Source: Candidatus Cloacimonadales bacterium (GTDB taxonomy: Bacteria > Cloacimonadota > Cloacimonadia > Cloacimonadales > JAIOQZ01). From it: DNA of 64,000 bases. A program made the position numbers and the translations under genes. Of this stretch, positions 10,088-20,480 are shown piece by piece. Within the stretch, counting starts at the first letter, position 1. Each line of letters begins with the position of its first letter. Where the stretch lies: contig OY771587.1 in NCBI GenBank assembly GCA_963674825.1, positions 2,528,001 to 2,592,000 on the forward strand. The letters run 5' to 3'. Below the pieces are notes generated by a model. That model searched no databases and was not told where the DNA came from. It was given only the letters and a program-made list of their open reading frames with translations.

Positions 10088-11026
10088 TTATTGGCTGTCA
10101 CTCGAGATTTGAAGGATATTGCGGATGTCCCGCATGGGCGGTGCGCCGAAGAGGCGACTGTATTCCCTGCTGAACTGCGAAGCGCTTTCGTATCCAACTT
10201 CTATCGATGCGCTGGCGGCGTCCATCCTTTCCATCAGCATCAGGTGACGTGCTTTGTGCAGGCGGAGCCATTTCTGGTATTGAAGCGGTGTCATGGTGGT
10301 GACAGTGCGAAAGTGGTGGTGAAAGCTCGATACGCTCATCCCAATATCGCTGGAGAGATCTTCGATGCGGAACGCTTGTGTGTAATTTTCCTTCAGCCAT
10401 TCGATCGCACGCGCGATCTGATGCCCATGGCTTCCTGCCGTTGCCATCTGACGAAGGCGTGGTCCCTGGTCGCTCATCAGAAGGCGATAGATGATCTCTT
10501 TTTGAGCCAGCGGTGCTAATAGAGGGATGCTTTCCGGTTCGTCCAGCAAATCGACAAGTCGCTGGAATGCTTTGATCAGCGGTGCGTTTACCTGGGTGAT
10601 AGCCATTCCAGGTCCGATCTTGACCTGCTTCGGTTTGGGAAGGTTTTCTTTGATGATCATCTGCGACACTTCGTTCAGGTCGAGCGTGAAAACCAGGCCG
10701 AGGCATGGTTTCTTCCAGCTCGCCTCAACAACCTGTGAGATTGTCGGCAGGTTGACCGATGTCAGCAGAAAGTGCTCAGAATTGTAAGTATAAGCTTCAT
10801 CTCCCAGCACAACACGCTTTGCGCCTTGGGTAATCAGGCAAACACTTGGGGCATACATACCGGTTGACGGTTCCGTCGGTTTTGTGTATCGGAATGCTGC
10901 CAGATCAGGAATCCTGGTATTGATGAAATCTTCTGATCGCAGTGTTTTCAAAATGCTTTCAGACAAGTTCTTTCTCTCAATCTCGCACAATGCAAGCTCT
11001 GGTATCTCATACGACATATTTTGCAT
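10088..11026 (-). CDS. AraC family transcriptional regulator (YqhC-like, AraC_N domain)
   Basis: N-domain YAPSVCLITQGAKRVVLG; C-terminal double HTH MSVSSFHHHFR..T.MTPLQYQKWLRL...VGYESASQFSREYSRLFG. Confidence 0.93.
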   Translation of the reverse strand: MQNMSYEIPELALCEIERKNLSESILKTLRSEDFINTRIPDLAAFRYTKPTEPSTGMYAPSVCLITQGAKRVVLGDEAYTYNSEHFLLTSVNLPTISQVVEASWKKPCLGLVFTLDLNEVSQMIIKENLPKPKQVKIGPGMAITQVNAPLIKAFQRLVDLLDEPESIPLLAPLAQKEIIYRLLMSDQGPRLRQMATAGSHGHQIARAIEWLKENYTQAFRIEDLSSDIGMSVSSFHHHFRTVTTMTPLQYQKWLRLHKARHLMLMERMDAASASIEVGYESASQFSREYSRLFGAPPMRDIRNILQISSDSQ

Positions 11027-11121
11027 ATTCGTTTGAACCCCCTTCCTTGATTCAATACGTATTACGAAGATACATTACAGAACGTGCAAATCGCAAGCAA
11101 GCATTATTTTACACCTATTGC

Positions 11122-11154
11122 AGGATCAGGCAATAATCAAATAGGATCGGTCTA
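11122..11154 (+). promoter_or_regulatory. Probable AraC-family binding site (direct repeat, 21-bp period)
   Basis: AGGATCAGGCAA at 11122 and AGGATCGGTCTA at 11143, between the AraC gene and the divergent cupin remnant. Confidence 0.6.
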
Positions 11155-11213
11155 ACACCCGTTGTTTTTTTTGAATAAACTATCTACGGGATCAAAATTG
11201 AATGGTGTTTGCA

Positions 11214-11479
11214 ATGATCCGAAGAGAAATTTTCATCGCTGTAATGGCTCTGGCATTAGTTGTTCCGTATTATTTCCATACAGATTCTCCGGAAAAGACC
11301 GATTCAGGGTCCTTAGTCCTGAGATAAGAAACGCAGAAAGAGATGAAGGCCGGTCCCGAAAACTTCACTGGAGACGTGGTCGTTTCAATGTTGCACACCC
11401 TACAGAAAACACGCATGTTCTTGCAGCAAATGTTACATTTCGATCCGGTCTTGAACATAGATACGGCATGCTCAGCTGA
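11214..11479 (+). pseudogene. Decayed secreted cupin-domain protein
   Basis: MIRREIFIAVMALALVVP..., in-frame TAA at 11325-11327, then KAGPENFTGDVVVSML; the continuation PTENTHVLAANVTF is in another frame. Resembles the 'ENFTG.V.V..L...VTF.PG' cupin family. Confidence 0.6.
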
Positions 11480-11842
11480 TTTTATTTCCAGAATCACAAA
11501 AAACTACTCAAGCATTGGGTGCAGTTTTTATCTTCTAGGTCACGGACACTCATCAGAAATCGTTGTTTCTTATAATAAAAATAGTGAATAATGCTCAAAT
11601 AAGTTTTTCTGAAAGAATCAATTAGCGAATTATTGCCCTGGAAATCATCATTGACGAGAACCCCTAAAAGAGAAAAATCAAGAATGTAAATTTTTTATGA
11701 ACAAACACATCTTTCGTACTCTTTTTCTTGTCGGCTCCGGTTTTTTTTCTTTACTGAATATCACGCAATGCTATGATAAGACTATGGATTCGACTTTTCA
11801 TGTCGAAATGAATTCAGATAAAACATTACTGAGGGAGAGAAT

Positions 11843-14800
11843 ATGAAAGCAAGATTGTTTGTTGTGATCTTAGCGCTTCTGTCACTGCATGTGAGTGCGG
11901 TTGTGCTCTTTGAAGAAAACTTTTCTGGCGATGTCTGGTCGGAATGGTCGAGGATTGGTGCCAATAATGGTCAGAACTGGATTATCTTTGGTTCCGACAA
12001 TGCCGGTGGATCATCCCCGGAAGCCCGTTTCCAATACGATCCAAGAATCGTTGGAGAACAGGAACTGATCAGTCCGAGTATCGATACATCCAAGTATCGG
12101 GATTTGAGCCTCACGTTCAAGTATATGGTCGATCATTTTGCAAACGGTGCATATACTGTCGGTGTAAAGGTCTATGGCTCTGATGGATCTGAAACCGTTC
12201 TCTGGAGTACTACTCCAGTGGGGAATATAACAGCGTCAGAGATGACGGTAGTCATAGATGACTCCATTGTCGATACAGACGATTTCACTATTTCGTTTTT
12301 CTTCTCGGGTGATTCATACTACATTGATTTCTTCTTCGTGGATGATGTCGTATTGGAAGCAGATGAGCAGCTTCTTTATGGTACCTACAATAATGGTGAC
12401 GAGCTGCACGTTCAGGCTGAAGCATCGGTCCCGGTCGGAGAAACGCTGATCCTCAATCCTGGATCATCTGTGCTCTACGATGGAGAATTCAATATTACGG
12501 TTGAAGGCGATATTATTGCAGCCGGTAGCGAAGTGACACCTGTCATGTTCTCGCCTGCTGTCGCTGGTTACCATACCGGCCATTTCGTGTTCTACAACCA
12601 TAATTCGGGCGGTACATCATTCGATTGGTGTGTATTCGACGGTTTATCCCTCAATACGAACGATCCATTTGATGGTGTTGGACCGGTAGCGGTTCTTTAC
12701 AACGCGTACGATATAACCTTCTCAAACTGCACGTTCTCGAATAACACAACGTTGGGCGCTGGAGGCGCTGTTGGACTCTTGTTGTCCGAAATCTCATTTA
12801 TCGACTGTAAATTTATGCACAACTCAGCACCAGGATTTGGTGGCGCTACATATTTAGGCTATTCAACCATCAATTACAACCATTGCCTTTTTGCTGATAA
12901 CTCAGCACAAGCCGGCAGTGTAATATACTGCGATAGCGATGGAGAACTCAATCTAACGAATTGTACCTTCACCGAGAATACAGATCCGCTGTATGGTACG
13001 GATATCTTATCGTATTCGAATTCCTCGGATGTCATCGACATCAACATAGAAAACACAGTTTGGTGGAATAGTAGCCCATACTTCATCAGAAGCGATGATT
13101 CGGGCACAACAAATGTCGATGCAGTTTATTGCAACTTGGCGAATCTTTCTGGAATCGTTGGAACGAACCTCAATCTGACTACGGAAAATATAATCTCAGC
13201 TGATCCGCTCTGGGACGCATATTATGCTCCGACCTGGAGCTCCTATCCTGCTCGAGACGAGTATCGTTCGCCTCTGATCGATGCCGGTGATCCTGAGAGT
13301 GATCCGGATGGAGATAACACGGTGTCCGATATAGGTTATACGTATTACGATCAGGGCCCGCATGTGATGGGAGAAGTTTCAGGAATATGGTCTGCATCGC
13401 AAAGCCCGTACAAAATTGGTGGGCCAGTTCTTGTTCCCATCGGATCGACACTTACTATCGAGCCCGGCGTGGAAGTCCTGTATAACGGGCCGTGGGTACT
13501 TACTGTGCAAGGTGCAATCGAAGCGAACGGTACCGATAGCGATCGCATCAGCTTCGGTCCTGTTGTTCCGGGTGTCGAGACCGGTAACATTTTTCTCGAT
13601 TCGAACGTTCCGGGTTCCAGTACTTTCAACGCCTGCGATTTCACCGGATTTAACTTGAGCTCAGATGACTTGTCATACAGTCATGGTGCTGCCATTGAGG
13701 CATATCTGTCGTATGATATCACCATCTCGAATTGTAACTTCACCGATAATTTCTCGGATGATGAAGGTGGAGCATTAGCATTGGTCGTTTCCAGTGCAAT
13801 GATTTCCGACTGTACTTTCACCGGAAATGCATCGACCAATCTGGGCGGCGCGATTTTCACTCAACGTTCTGATGTGGACCTTATTCGTTGTCTGTTCGCT
13901 GGTAACAGCTCACAGGCCGGAACATCCATATACTTCGGGCACAGCACGCAAAGTTCGATCACAAACTGTACTTTTGCCGATAATCATACGAATCTGTACG
14001 ATGGTGATCTATACTTGTATTGCCTTTCAGGATACCCAATGAACCTCACCGTTACAAATAGCGTTTGGTGGGATTGCGACAACACCTTCATTAAAAGCAG
14101 CGGTTCAGGGCACAGCACCGTGGATGTGTCTTATTGTGACCTTGAATACCCGTCTGGTTTTAGCGGTGCGAATATGACGTTGACTACCTCGAATATCAAC
14201 AATGAAGATCCGCTCTGGGATGATGATTATGCTCCAACATGGGCATCATGTCCGAATGAAGATGATAACAAATCTCCGCTGATCGACGCGGGAAACCTGG
14301 CATTCACCGACGAAGATGGTACAATTGCTGATATCGGTTATGTATACTTTGATCAGTCACGTCCGTTTATCGCGCATGTGAAGGATATCCCGGGTGATCA
14401 GGGGCATCAGGTTCAGGTGCTTTGGGCTGGAAGCTCGCATGACAGTAATTACGATTTTACAGCTTTCTACAGCTTGTGGAGACTCGACGATGTTGTACGC
14501 TCCAGCAACGATGTGATTTACGACAACGCGGAAGTCCTCATGGCGGCTGCTCAGTCAAGCTCACAGACGCTTTACCTGCGCCTCGATGACCAGTACTGGG
14601 CATTTATCGCGTCTATTCCGGCTACTTCCAGTGAGTTCTATATCTACAACGCACCGACGTTGGCCGACTCCTCCACAACCGGCACTCATGACGCGACCTT
14701 CATGGTTCGGCATCACCGCCAGGAAGGTCTGTGGACATCCGATACAGCTTTTGGGCATTCCGTCGATAATATCGCGCCGGATCGTGTGTCGCTTGTAACG

Positions 14801-15040
14801 ATCAGCTGCGTAGCTTCCATGATCGAGCTCGAGTGGTCCGCAGTTACATCCGGCAGTTACGAAGGTAACAGCTATCCGGAACTCAATGGTGTCTGGTATA
14901 AGGTATATGCCGGTTCCTCTCCAGATTTCGAGTGCAATCCGGACAGTTACCTCTTAACGACACAGGATCCTACTTCCGTATTCGATCCGGGAGCTGGGGA
15001 ACGTCTGTTTTTCAAGGTTATCGCCAGCGATCAACCGTAA
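11843..15040 (+). CDS. Large secreted protein with two tandem right-handed beta-helix (pectin-lyase-like) modules and a C-terminal FN3-like 'FFKV' domain
   Basis: Signal peptide; GGA(I/V/L) and CxFxxN repeats; DPLW...SPLIDAG...DIG module end occurs twice; ends RLFFKVIASDQP. Confidence 0.75.
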   Translation: MKARLFVVILALLSLHVSAVVLFEENFSGDVWSEWSRIGANNGQNWIIFGSDNAGGSSPEARFQYDPRIVGEQELISPSIDTSKYRDLSLTFKYMVDHFANGAYTVGVKVYGSDGSETVLWSTTPVGNITASEMTVVIDDSIVDTDDFTISFFFSGDSYYIDFFFVDDVVLEADEQLLYGTYNNGDELHVQAEASVPVGETLILNPGSSVLYDGEFNITVEGDIIAAGSEVTPVMFSPAVAGYHTGHFVFYNHNSGGTSFDWCVFDGLSLNTNDPFDGVGPVAVLYNAYDITFSNCTFSNNTTLGAGGAVGLLLSEISFIDCKFMHNSAPGFGGATYLGYSTINYNHCLFADNSAQAGSVIYCDSDGELNLTNCTFTENTDPLYGTDILSYSNSSDVIDINIENTVWWNSSPYFIRSDDSGTTNVDAVYCNLANLSGIVGTNLNLTTENIISADPLWDAYYAPTWSSYPARDEYRSPLIDAGDPESDPDGDNTVSDIGYTYYDQGPHVMGEVSGIWSASQSPYKIGGPVLVPIGSTLTIEPGVEVLYNGPWVLTVQGAIEANGTDSDRISFGPVVPGVETGNIFLDSNVPGSSTFNACDFTGFNLSSDDLSYSHGAAIEAYLSYDITISNCNFTDNFSDDEGGALALVVSSAMISDCTFTGNASTNLGGAIFTQRSDVDLIRCLFAGNSSQAGTSIYFGHSTQSSITNCTFADNHTNLYDGDLYLYCLSGYPMNLTVTNSVWWDCDNTFIKSSGSGHSTVDVSYCDLEYPSGFSGANMTLTTSNINNEDPLWDDDYAPTWASCPNEDDNKSPLIDAGNLAFTDEDGTIADIGYVYFDQSRPFIAHVKDIPGDQGHQVQVLWAGSSHDSNYDFTAFYSLWRLDDVVRSSNDVIYDNAEVLMAAAQSSSQTLYLRLDDQYWAFIASIPATSSEFYIYNAPTLADSSTTGTHDATFMVRHHRQEGLWTSDTAFGHSVDNIAPDRVSLVTISCVASMIELEWSAVTSGSYEGNSYPELNGVWYKVYAGSSPDFECNPDSYLLTTQDPTSVFDPGAGERLFFKVIASDQP

Positions 15041-15063
15041 TAGAGATTTCTGCCATACTACCC

Positions 15064-15098
15064 AAGCAGGCCGCATCCATTTGCGGTCTGCTTTTTAT
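15064..15098 (+). terminator. Intrinsic terminator
   Basis: AAGCAGGCCGCA-tccatt-TGCGGTCTGCTT followed by TTTATT. Confidence 0.75.
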
Positions 15099-15189
15099 TG
15101 GTAATCGTCAATAGCGATGAATGTAGATAACTCTGCTTGACATTTCCATTCGTTCTCGCGTTTCTAGCGGATCAAGAACCGGAGGAATT

Positions 15190-15738
15190 TTGGATACACA
15201 ACTTGTACGTCTCTACAACGACGAAACAATGCTGAAACAGTATTACCTGTGGCAATTGAACGAAGAGAACAGAGATCATTTCTGCTATACACCCGTAGGT
15301 AACGGAAAAATGCCATACACGGAAGAGGGATGGGAACGATTTCATGATGCAGCGCGCGAAAGATTGCTCAAGAAAGCCTACGTAGAGATGCTGCAAAACA
15401 GGGAGACTGGTGATTATCTTGGCTGGATCAGCCTTCAATCTTACAACATGCGCAACCAGTGCGCGGAAATAAGCTATTACATGCCACCTGAGCATCGCGG
15501 AAAGGGTCTTGGCTCAATCATGATCGATCATTTTCTACGCAAAGTTTTTTCGGATGACTTCTTCTGGTCATTGCATTCAATCATCGCGGAGACAGGTGAC
15601 TTCAACACGCCGTCCATACGTATCCTCGAAAAAGCCGGTTTCAAGCTCGACGGTCGTGTACGCGACCACTATTTTCTGAACGACACATTCCACGACCAGC
15701 TAATCTTCACGCTTCTCAAGTCCGAGTTCAATAAATAG
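15190..15738 (+). CDS. GNAT N-acetyltransferase, RimJ/RimL family
   Basis: AEISYYMPPEHRGKGLGS, FNTPSIRILEKAGFKLDG; TTG start after GGAGG. Confidence 0.88.
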   Translation: MDTQLVRLYNDETMLKQYYLWQLNEENRDHFCYTPVGNGKMPYTEEGWERFHDAARERLLKKAYVEMLQNRETGDYLGWISLQSYNMRNQCAEISYYMPPEHRGKGLGSIMIDHFLRKVFSDDFFWSLHSIIAETGDFNTPSIRILEKAGFKLDGRVRDHYFLNDTFHDQLIFTLLKSEFNK

Positions 15739-16717
15739 CTGATACGATCCAGAAGGTTGTTAACGAGATAACCACGAAGAGAATACTGCCCATTACCAGC
15801 GAACGTGCGCCGGATTTACGGATCGATGCCAGCTTCACGGATAGTCCCATCGCTGCCATCGCAATGAGGATAAACCAGCTACTTAGCTTCGACAGAATTC
15901 CCGTCAGCGCTTCCGGGAGGATGTTCAGGCTGTTCAGGACGCCTGCCAGAACGAAAAAGAGCACATAGAAGGGAAACTTGACCTTCGCCTGCGGGTCATG
16001 CGTTTCGTGGTTCTTGACGCTGAAGAACAATGCGACCGGTACCAGCATCAGCACTCTGCCCATCTTGACGATGGTTCCAAGTTCGCCAGCTCTATCTCCC
16101 CCCGCGAATGCCGCTGCCAGTGCGTGTGCCACGCCTTGAAGCGAGATGCCAGACCAGATACCGAATTGCTCAATGCTGATAAAATGCTGTGCCGCGATAA
16201 AAGAATAGGCCAGCACGCCGATTGCGCCCAGAAAGTTAACGATCGAGACAGCCACCACCGATTCTTCATCCTTTGCCTTCACGACATGTGACATCGCCAC
16301 GATTGCCGACGCGCCGCAAATCCCGGAGCCGATTCCAACAAGCAGGGGAATCTTGTCTTTGATTCGGAAGGCTTTACCCAACATATACGCCGCAAAGATT
16401 GCTGTTGGTGTGAAAATGACGATCAGCAGAATGGTCTTGAAGCCGAGGTGGAACACAGCGCTAAAATTGAGCTTGAATCCCAGAAGGATGATACCGTATT
16501 GCAGGATGTGATGTGAACTGAAACGCATTCCAAAGCTGGTCGCCTTGGGTAGCTTGAGCGTGTTGGACAGGATGATGCCCAATACGATGGCGATGGTCAC
16601 AGCCTCGAGATGCACTGTGTGTTTGATCGATTCATTGATGAAAAAAGCCGCGAGCGATACTGCCAGAACAAGCAGGAGGCCGGGCGCGTATCTTTTGATT
16701 GTGCCGGAAAATCCCAT
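15728..16717 (-). CDS. YeiH/UPF0324 putative sulfate exporter family membrane protein
   Basis: About 10 TM segments; GSGICGASAIVA, TIVKMGRVLMLVP, AMAAMGL motifs. Confidence 0.88.
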   Translation of the reverse strand: MGFSGTIKRYAPGLLLVLAVSLAAFFINESIKHTVHLEAVTIAIVLGIILSNTLKLPKATSFGMRFSSHHILQYGIILLGFKLNFSAVFHLGFKTILLIVIFTPTAIFAAYMLGKAFRIKDKIPLLVGIGSGICGASAIVAMSHVVKAKDEESVVAVSIVNFLGAIGVLAYSFIAAQHFISIEQFGIWSGISLQGVAHALAAAFAGGDRAGELGTIVKMGRVLMLVPVALFFSVKNHETHDPQAKVKFPFYVLFFVLAGVLNSLNILPEALTGILSKLSSWFILIAMAAMGLSVKLASIRKSGARSLVMGSILFVVISLTTFWIVSAIY

Positions 16718-16868
16718 GTGTTATTCCTCTCTTCTAGGATAAACGCTGCGTCATGGGAAATGTGTCAACCGGATAATCATGGATAAAAGAAAACACCCGG
16801 CACGTTGAGGTACGCACCGGGTGTCAATCGGGTCAACTACACGGGAAGATTAATACTGACTTTTTTTC

Positions 16869-19800
16869 TTATTGTGTAGCGGTTACCCGGAAAAACTTCT
16901 TTGTGCTACTGGGAGATGACATGATCCAAGTTCCGGTAGTGTACCAGTAGATTTCGTATTCACCGTTCGGAGCGTCGGACCAATAGATATTGTAACCGAT
17001 CGCGCCTGGGACTGCTTCCCAGGAAATGGTGAGCATCTCCCCCGACATGGTTACCGAGATATTGGCCGGGGCAAGAAGTACGAAGCCTTCGCGTTCATCC
17101 GCACCGATACAGGATGGATCGCTGCGCAGGTCGCCGTCGATGTCGGTAGTGATTTCCGTGATGGCTACGCCAGCGCCAATGGCCGGTGACGTATCGAGCA
17201 GATGCAGCATGTCAGCTACATCATAAAGCGGATCCGCGTTTATTGCTCCGGTCTCACCGGTTGCTGTGGTCCAGTCTGCAAGCGTGTTGTACCATGTGTA
17301 GGTGGCATCGTTATCAAAGTGAAGCGCGATGACGTTGTTGTCTGCGTTCGCGGTATAGTACAGGTTGTTCGAAATTTCGCTGAACGGCGGAGTATAGGTA
17401 CCTGTACTCCGGATATAGACAGCAGTTGCGTAAGTTTCGAGGTCATTACCAGTGCGCTCGCCGAGTCGGTTGTCGAAGATATTATTTTTCATGGTTATTC
17501 CCGTAGGGCAGATACCGCTGCTGTTATCGAGCATGATACCGGTACTGTATGTAAAGTCGCTGTCGTAACTCCCCATGCCATAGGTGTCGTCGTAGGGGAG
17601 ATAGACGGTATTGTAACATACCGAGATGCCACCAACCGAGTCACCATTGAGGCGGATACCGGCAGGTGTATAAGTCGGATGGTCACAGTCGCCGCCGAAA
17701 TGCCAGATCATGTTGTTGTGGATGTTGATATTCGGGTTTGATCCGGTAAGATTGCTGACGAAGATACCGCTTGAAGCCATACCGAATGAGCCGGAATAGA
17801 GTACATCATGGATTTTATTCGAGGTTACATCGACGTTGGTGACGTAGTAGAGGTCAACGCCACGCGGCGCCCATGAATCGGAGAGTGAACCGCCGATATT
17901 GTTACCAGTGATTGTCAGGTTGTTCTGGTAGCGTACGTAGATGGGCTCGACCAGGAAGAATTCATCTGTATTGTCGCTTCCGATACGGCTGTTCTGAATC
18001 GTGATATTCTCACAGTAGTCCAGGGAACTGCCGCTGATGTAGATACCGTAACCACAGGAATGGATATTGACGTTATCAATGAGCAGCTCATCGATTCCAC
18101 CGTTGCTGTTATAGATACCGTAAGCACTCGTATTGATAGACTCGTTCTGGATAAAGAAGTTACAGTTTCTGATGACGGTGTTGGATGTTCCGTCCTTGAT
18201 TTCGAGGCATCTTGCGCGGTAATAAATTGGTGCGAAGGTGAGCTCCATATTGTCTCCACCATCGATCACCACGTTATCGACATCGTCGATTGCGATCAGA
18301 GATCCGGAGAAATCACCTGTGATTGTTACAGGGTTACCTGGAACCGGGCAGATTGTGATTGTGTAACCACCCTCGCCATATTCATCGAGTGTGTCGAGCT
18401 CCGCATTATCTGGTTCTTCAATGTCACCGGTGATCCAGATGGTTGCGTCACCGCTGATACCACGCGACTCAGCATATGCGAAGAAATCGTAGAGTGATGT
18501 GTAAGCCTCGGTAGGCCCTACGTAGTAATCACCCGCAAGTGGTACAACGATTGAGTAGGTCGCGCTGAAGCCTGGTGCGGTTACTGGCGCTTCAACAGTA
18601 CCTGCCAAGCCTTCCGGCTTCGAAGCCACGTTGGGTGATCCCGGTTTATCATCCTGTGCGACGACGAAATACTGCACTACGTCGCTGTCTGTAAGCCCGT
18701 CATAGATGAGGCTGACATCCAGATCGAAATTCCACTCGCTGCCTGTATATGAGCCCTCTGCGTACTTCCATCCATCGAAAGTGGCAACATTGTCGTCCGG
18801 GTAGGTGCCGAATGCATCTGCATTCGAGCTTTTCTTGTAGTACATGCGTGGTGTGACGCTCATGCTGACCGCTTCTGTGATGGTTGCGTTCAGCGTGCGG
18901 CTGTCCGTGCTATATGGAGATGAAAGATAACTATAGCTGATCGCCGGAGCGGTGGTGTCGTCAGCAAGCCGCGAACCTTCCGGATCTGGCGTTGTGAGCG
19001 TGGTTGTATCGCCGGGTATATCAATTGCTGTAGCGATGGCATCGGCTGTCATGTCCAGATAGTTGTAGTCGCCTGGGATATCGTATGCAAGCCAGAAGTA
19101 ATTGCTGCCATCGGCGAGTTCCTGTGCGAAGGTAAAGGCCATGCTTTGTCCGGTTGTGGTGAATACAACCGCGTCACCAAGTTCGTTGGATGACGAGAAG
19201 GAGCTCGATGATCCGGTGAAATATACGTGCGCGGTGCCATGGGTCAGGGTGCCGCTGTTGGTGAAAGTCAAGCCGTTCACGCTGTAGGGGCTACCTGAGT
19301 TGGTCGTATTTACATCGATGCGCAGGATTTGCTGGTTAACGCTTCCCAGTTCAACGCCATTCGAACTGGCTTGCGTTACAACGGCGGAGTTGATGACCTG
19401 ATTCGCCGGGTTGTATGCAAGCCGGTAAACAAGGCCATTATAGAAGTATCCGGCTTCGCTTGCGCCGATTTCGTTATTGTCAACGGTCGTGCTGGCGGTT
19501 GCTGGATCGCCGGGTGTGATGCTTACAAACTGTGTTTCGCCGTTCTGGCGCATGTTCATGCCGACCGAAGCGCTGGCGGTTCCGCCCGGCGCCGTACCGA
19601 ATGTTCCGTAATGGAATTCGATATCGTTGGTCGTCTCGTAGAGCCATATCTGGTAATTCACGACGTTGATCGGATCCATGCTTTTATACCAGTACATATT
19701 GTAGAACTGGACTTTGAGGATGCGATTCGGAGCGCTACCTTCAACTGTATAGCTGATGGAGCCGGTGTCGTATCCGACGCGCTGATAGTCCCACAGTGCA

Positions 19801-20102
19801 CAGACAAGCGGGTAATAGAAATTGCTGGAAAGGTCGTTGCTTCGTGTACTCGTCGTGCCGTCACCGATGACCAGAAAACCGTTTGAGCAGGCACCAAACT
19901 GTGTGAAGACCTCGCCATTGTAGGTGAAATCGAATCCGATATCGATACCGGATGCCGTTTCGTTTGTTTCACTCTCTGCGACGAGTTCGACGCCGGTGAT
20001 TTCGGTATAAGTTGAAGAATCTACTGAGAATACGTAGTCTGTGGATGAAGCCCACGCACTGAACGTGAGCGAGAGAAGAAGAACCACGATAATGTTCCGC
20101 AT
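16869..20102 (-). CDS. Large secreted beta-helix protein with a BNR-neuraminidase-N-terminal-like domain and C-terminal 'FFRV' domain
   Basis: Start MRNIIVVLLLSLTFSAWA after AGGAGG; QQILRIDV...GSNYFWLAYDI segment; parallel beta-helix repeats; SPAIGAG...DIDG..R..CIGADE; ends KKFFRVTATQ. Confidence 0.75.
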   Translation of the reverse strand: MRNIIVVLLLSLTFSAWASSTDYVFSVDSSTYTEITGVELVAESETNETASGIDIGFDFTYNGEVFTQFGACSNGFLVIGDGTTSTRSNDLSSNFYYPLVCALWDYQRVGYDTGSISYTVEGSAPNRILKVQFYNMYWYKSMDPINVVNYQIWLYETTNDIEFHYGTFGTAPGGTASASVGMNMRQNGETQFVSITPGDPATASTTVDNNEIGASEAGYFYNGLVYRLAYNPANQVINSAVVTQASSNGVELGSVNQQILRIDVNTTNSGSPYSVNGLTFTNSGTLTHGTAHVYFTGSSSSFSSSNELGDAVVFTTTGQSMAFTFAQELADGSNYFWLAYDIPGDYNYLDMTADAIATAIDIPGDTTTLTTPDPEGSRLADDTTAPAISYSYLSSPYSTDSRTLNATITEAVSMSVTPRMYYKKSSNADAFGTYPDDNVATFDGWKYAEGSYTGSEWNFDLDVSLIYDGLTDSDVVQYFVVAQDDKPGSPNVASKPEGLAGTVEAPVTAPGFSATYSIVVPLAGDYYVGPTEAYTSLYDFFAYAESRGISGDATIWITGDIEEPDNAELDTLDEYGEGGYTITICPVPGNPVTITGDFSGSLIAIDDVDNVVIDGGDNMELTFAPIYYRARCLEIKDGTSNTVIRNCNFFIQNESINTSAYGIYNSNGGIDELLIDNVNIHSCGYGIYISGSSLDYCENITIQNSRIGSDNTDEFFLVEPIYVRYQNNLTITGNNIGGSLSDSWAPRGVDLYYVTNVDVTSNKIHDVLYSGSFGMASSGIFVSNLTGSNPNINIHNNMIWHFGGDCDHPTYTPAGIRLNGDSVGGISVCYNTVYLPYDDTYGMGSYDSDFTYSTGIMLDNSSGICPTGITMKNNIFDNRLGERTGNDLETYATAVYIRSTGTYTPPFSEISNNLYYTANADNNVIALHFDNDATYTWYNTLADWTTATGETGAINADPLYDVADMLHLLDTSPAIGAGVAITEITTDIDGDLRSDPSCIGADEREGFVLLAPANISVTMSGEMLTISWEAVPGAIGYNIYWSDAPNGEYEIYWYTTGTWIMSSPSSTKKFFRVTATQ

Positions 20103-20163
20103 TTTTGAGCCTCCTTGTGGAATATTATTCATGGGTCCGATTGAGCACAAGCTGGAAAATATT

Positions 20164-20380
20164 GTCAATATCTTTTTGACTACTCGATGAGAAACTGTGA
20201 AAAATACTTCTTGCATTGGCTGGGAGTAGGCGAAATGCCCTGGGGTCGATCCGAGTCATTCCGTGGTTCTATCGTGCTGTTATAAATAATATAATAAAGG
20301 TATGGTGCGCCGTTCGGGGAGCAGGCTTTCCGTGTATCGATTCCGTGCTGAATGAAATTATTGGTCAAAAAGTTCTTGAC
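20164..20380. promoter_or_regulatory. Divergent promoter region with two GTCAA-N7-TTGAC inverted repeats
   Basis: GTCAAtatctttTTGAC at 20164-20180 and GTCAAaaagttcTTGAC at 20364-20380. Confidence 0.5.
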
Positions 20381-20480
20381 TGTTAGTTGGGGATATGTGA
20401 AATTGAGTCATGCATTAATCGTTGACTTGTGTGCCGACCGATGGTTTTATCGTTCTACCATCAGTCACGAAGGAGCGAAC

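Noticed and set aside
7518..11479. Selenocysteine or stop-codon recoding in the broken genes
   Set aside because: The lesions are TAA stops plus frameshifts, not in-frame TGA, and intact genes use standard stops.
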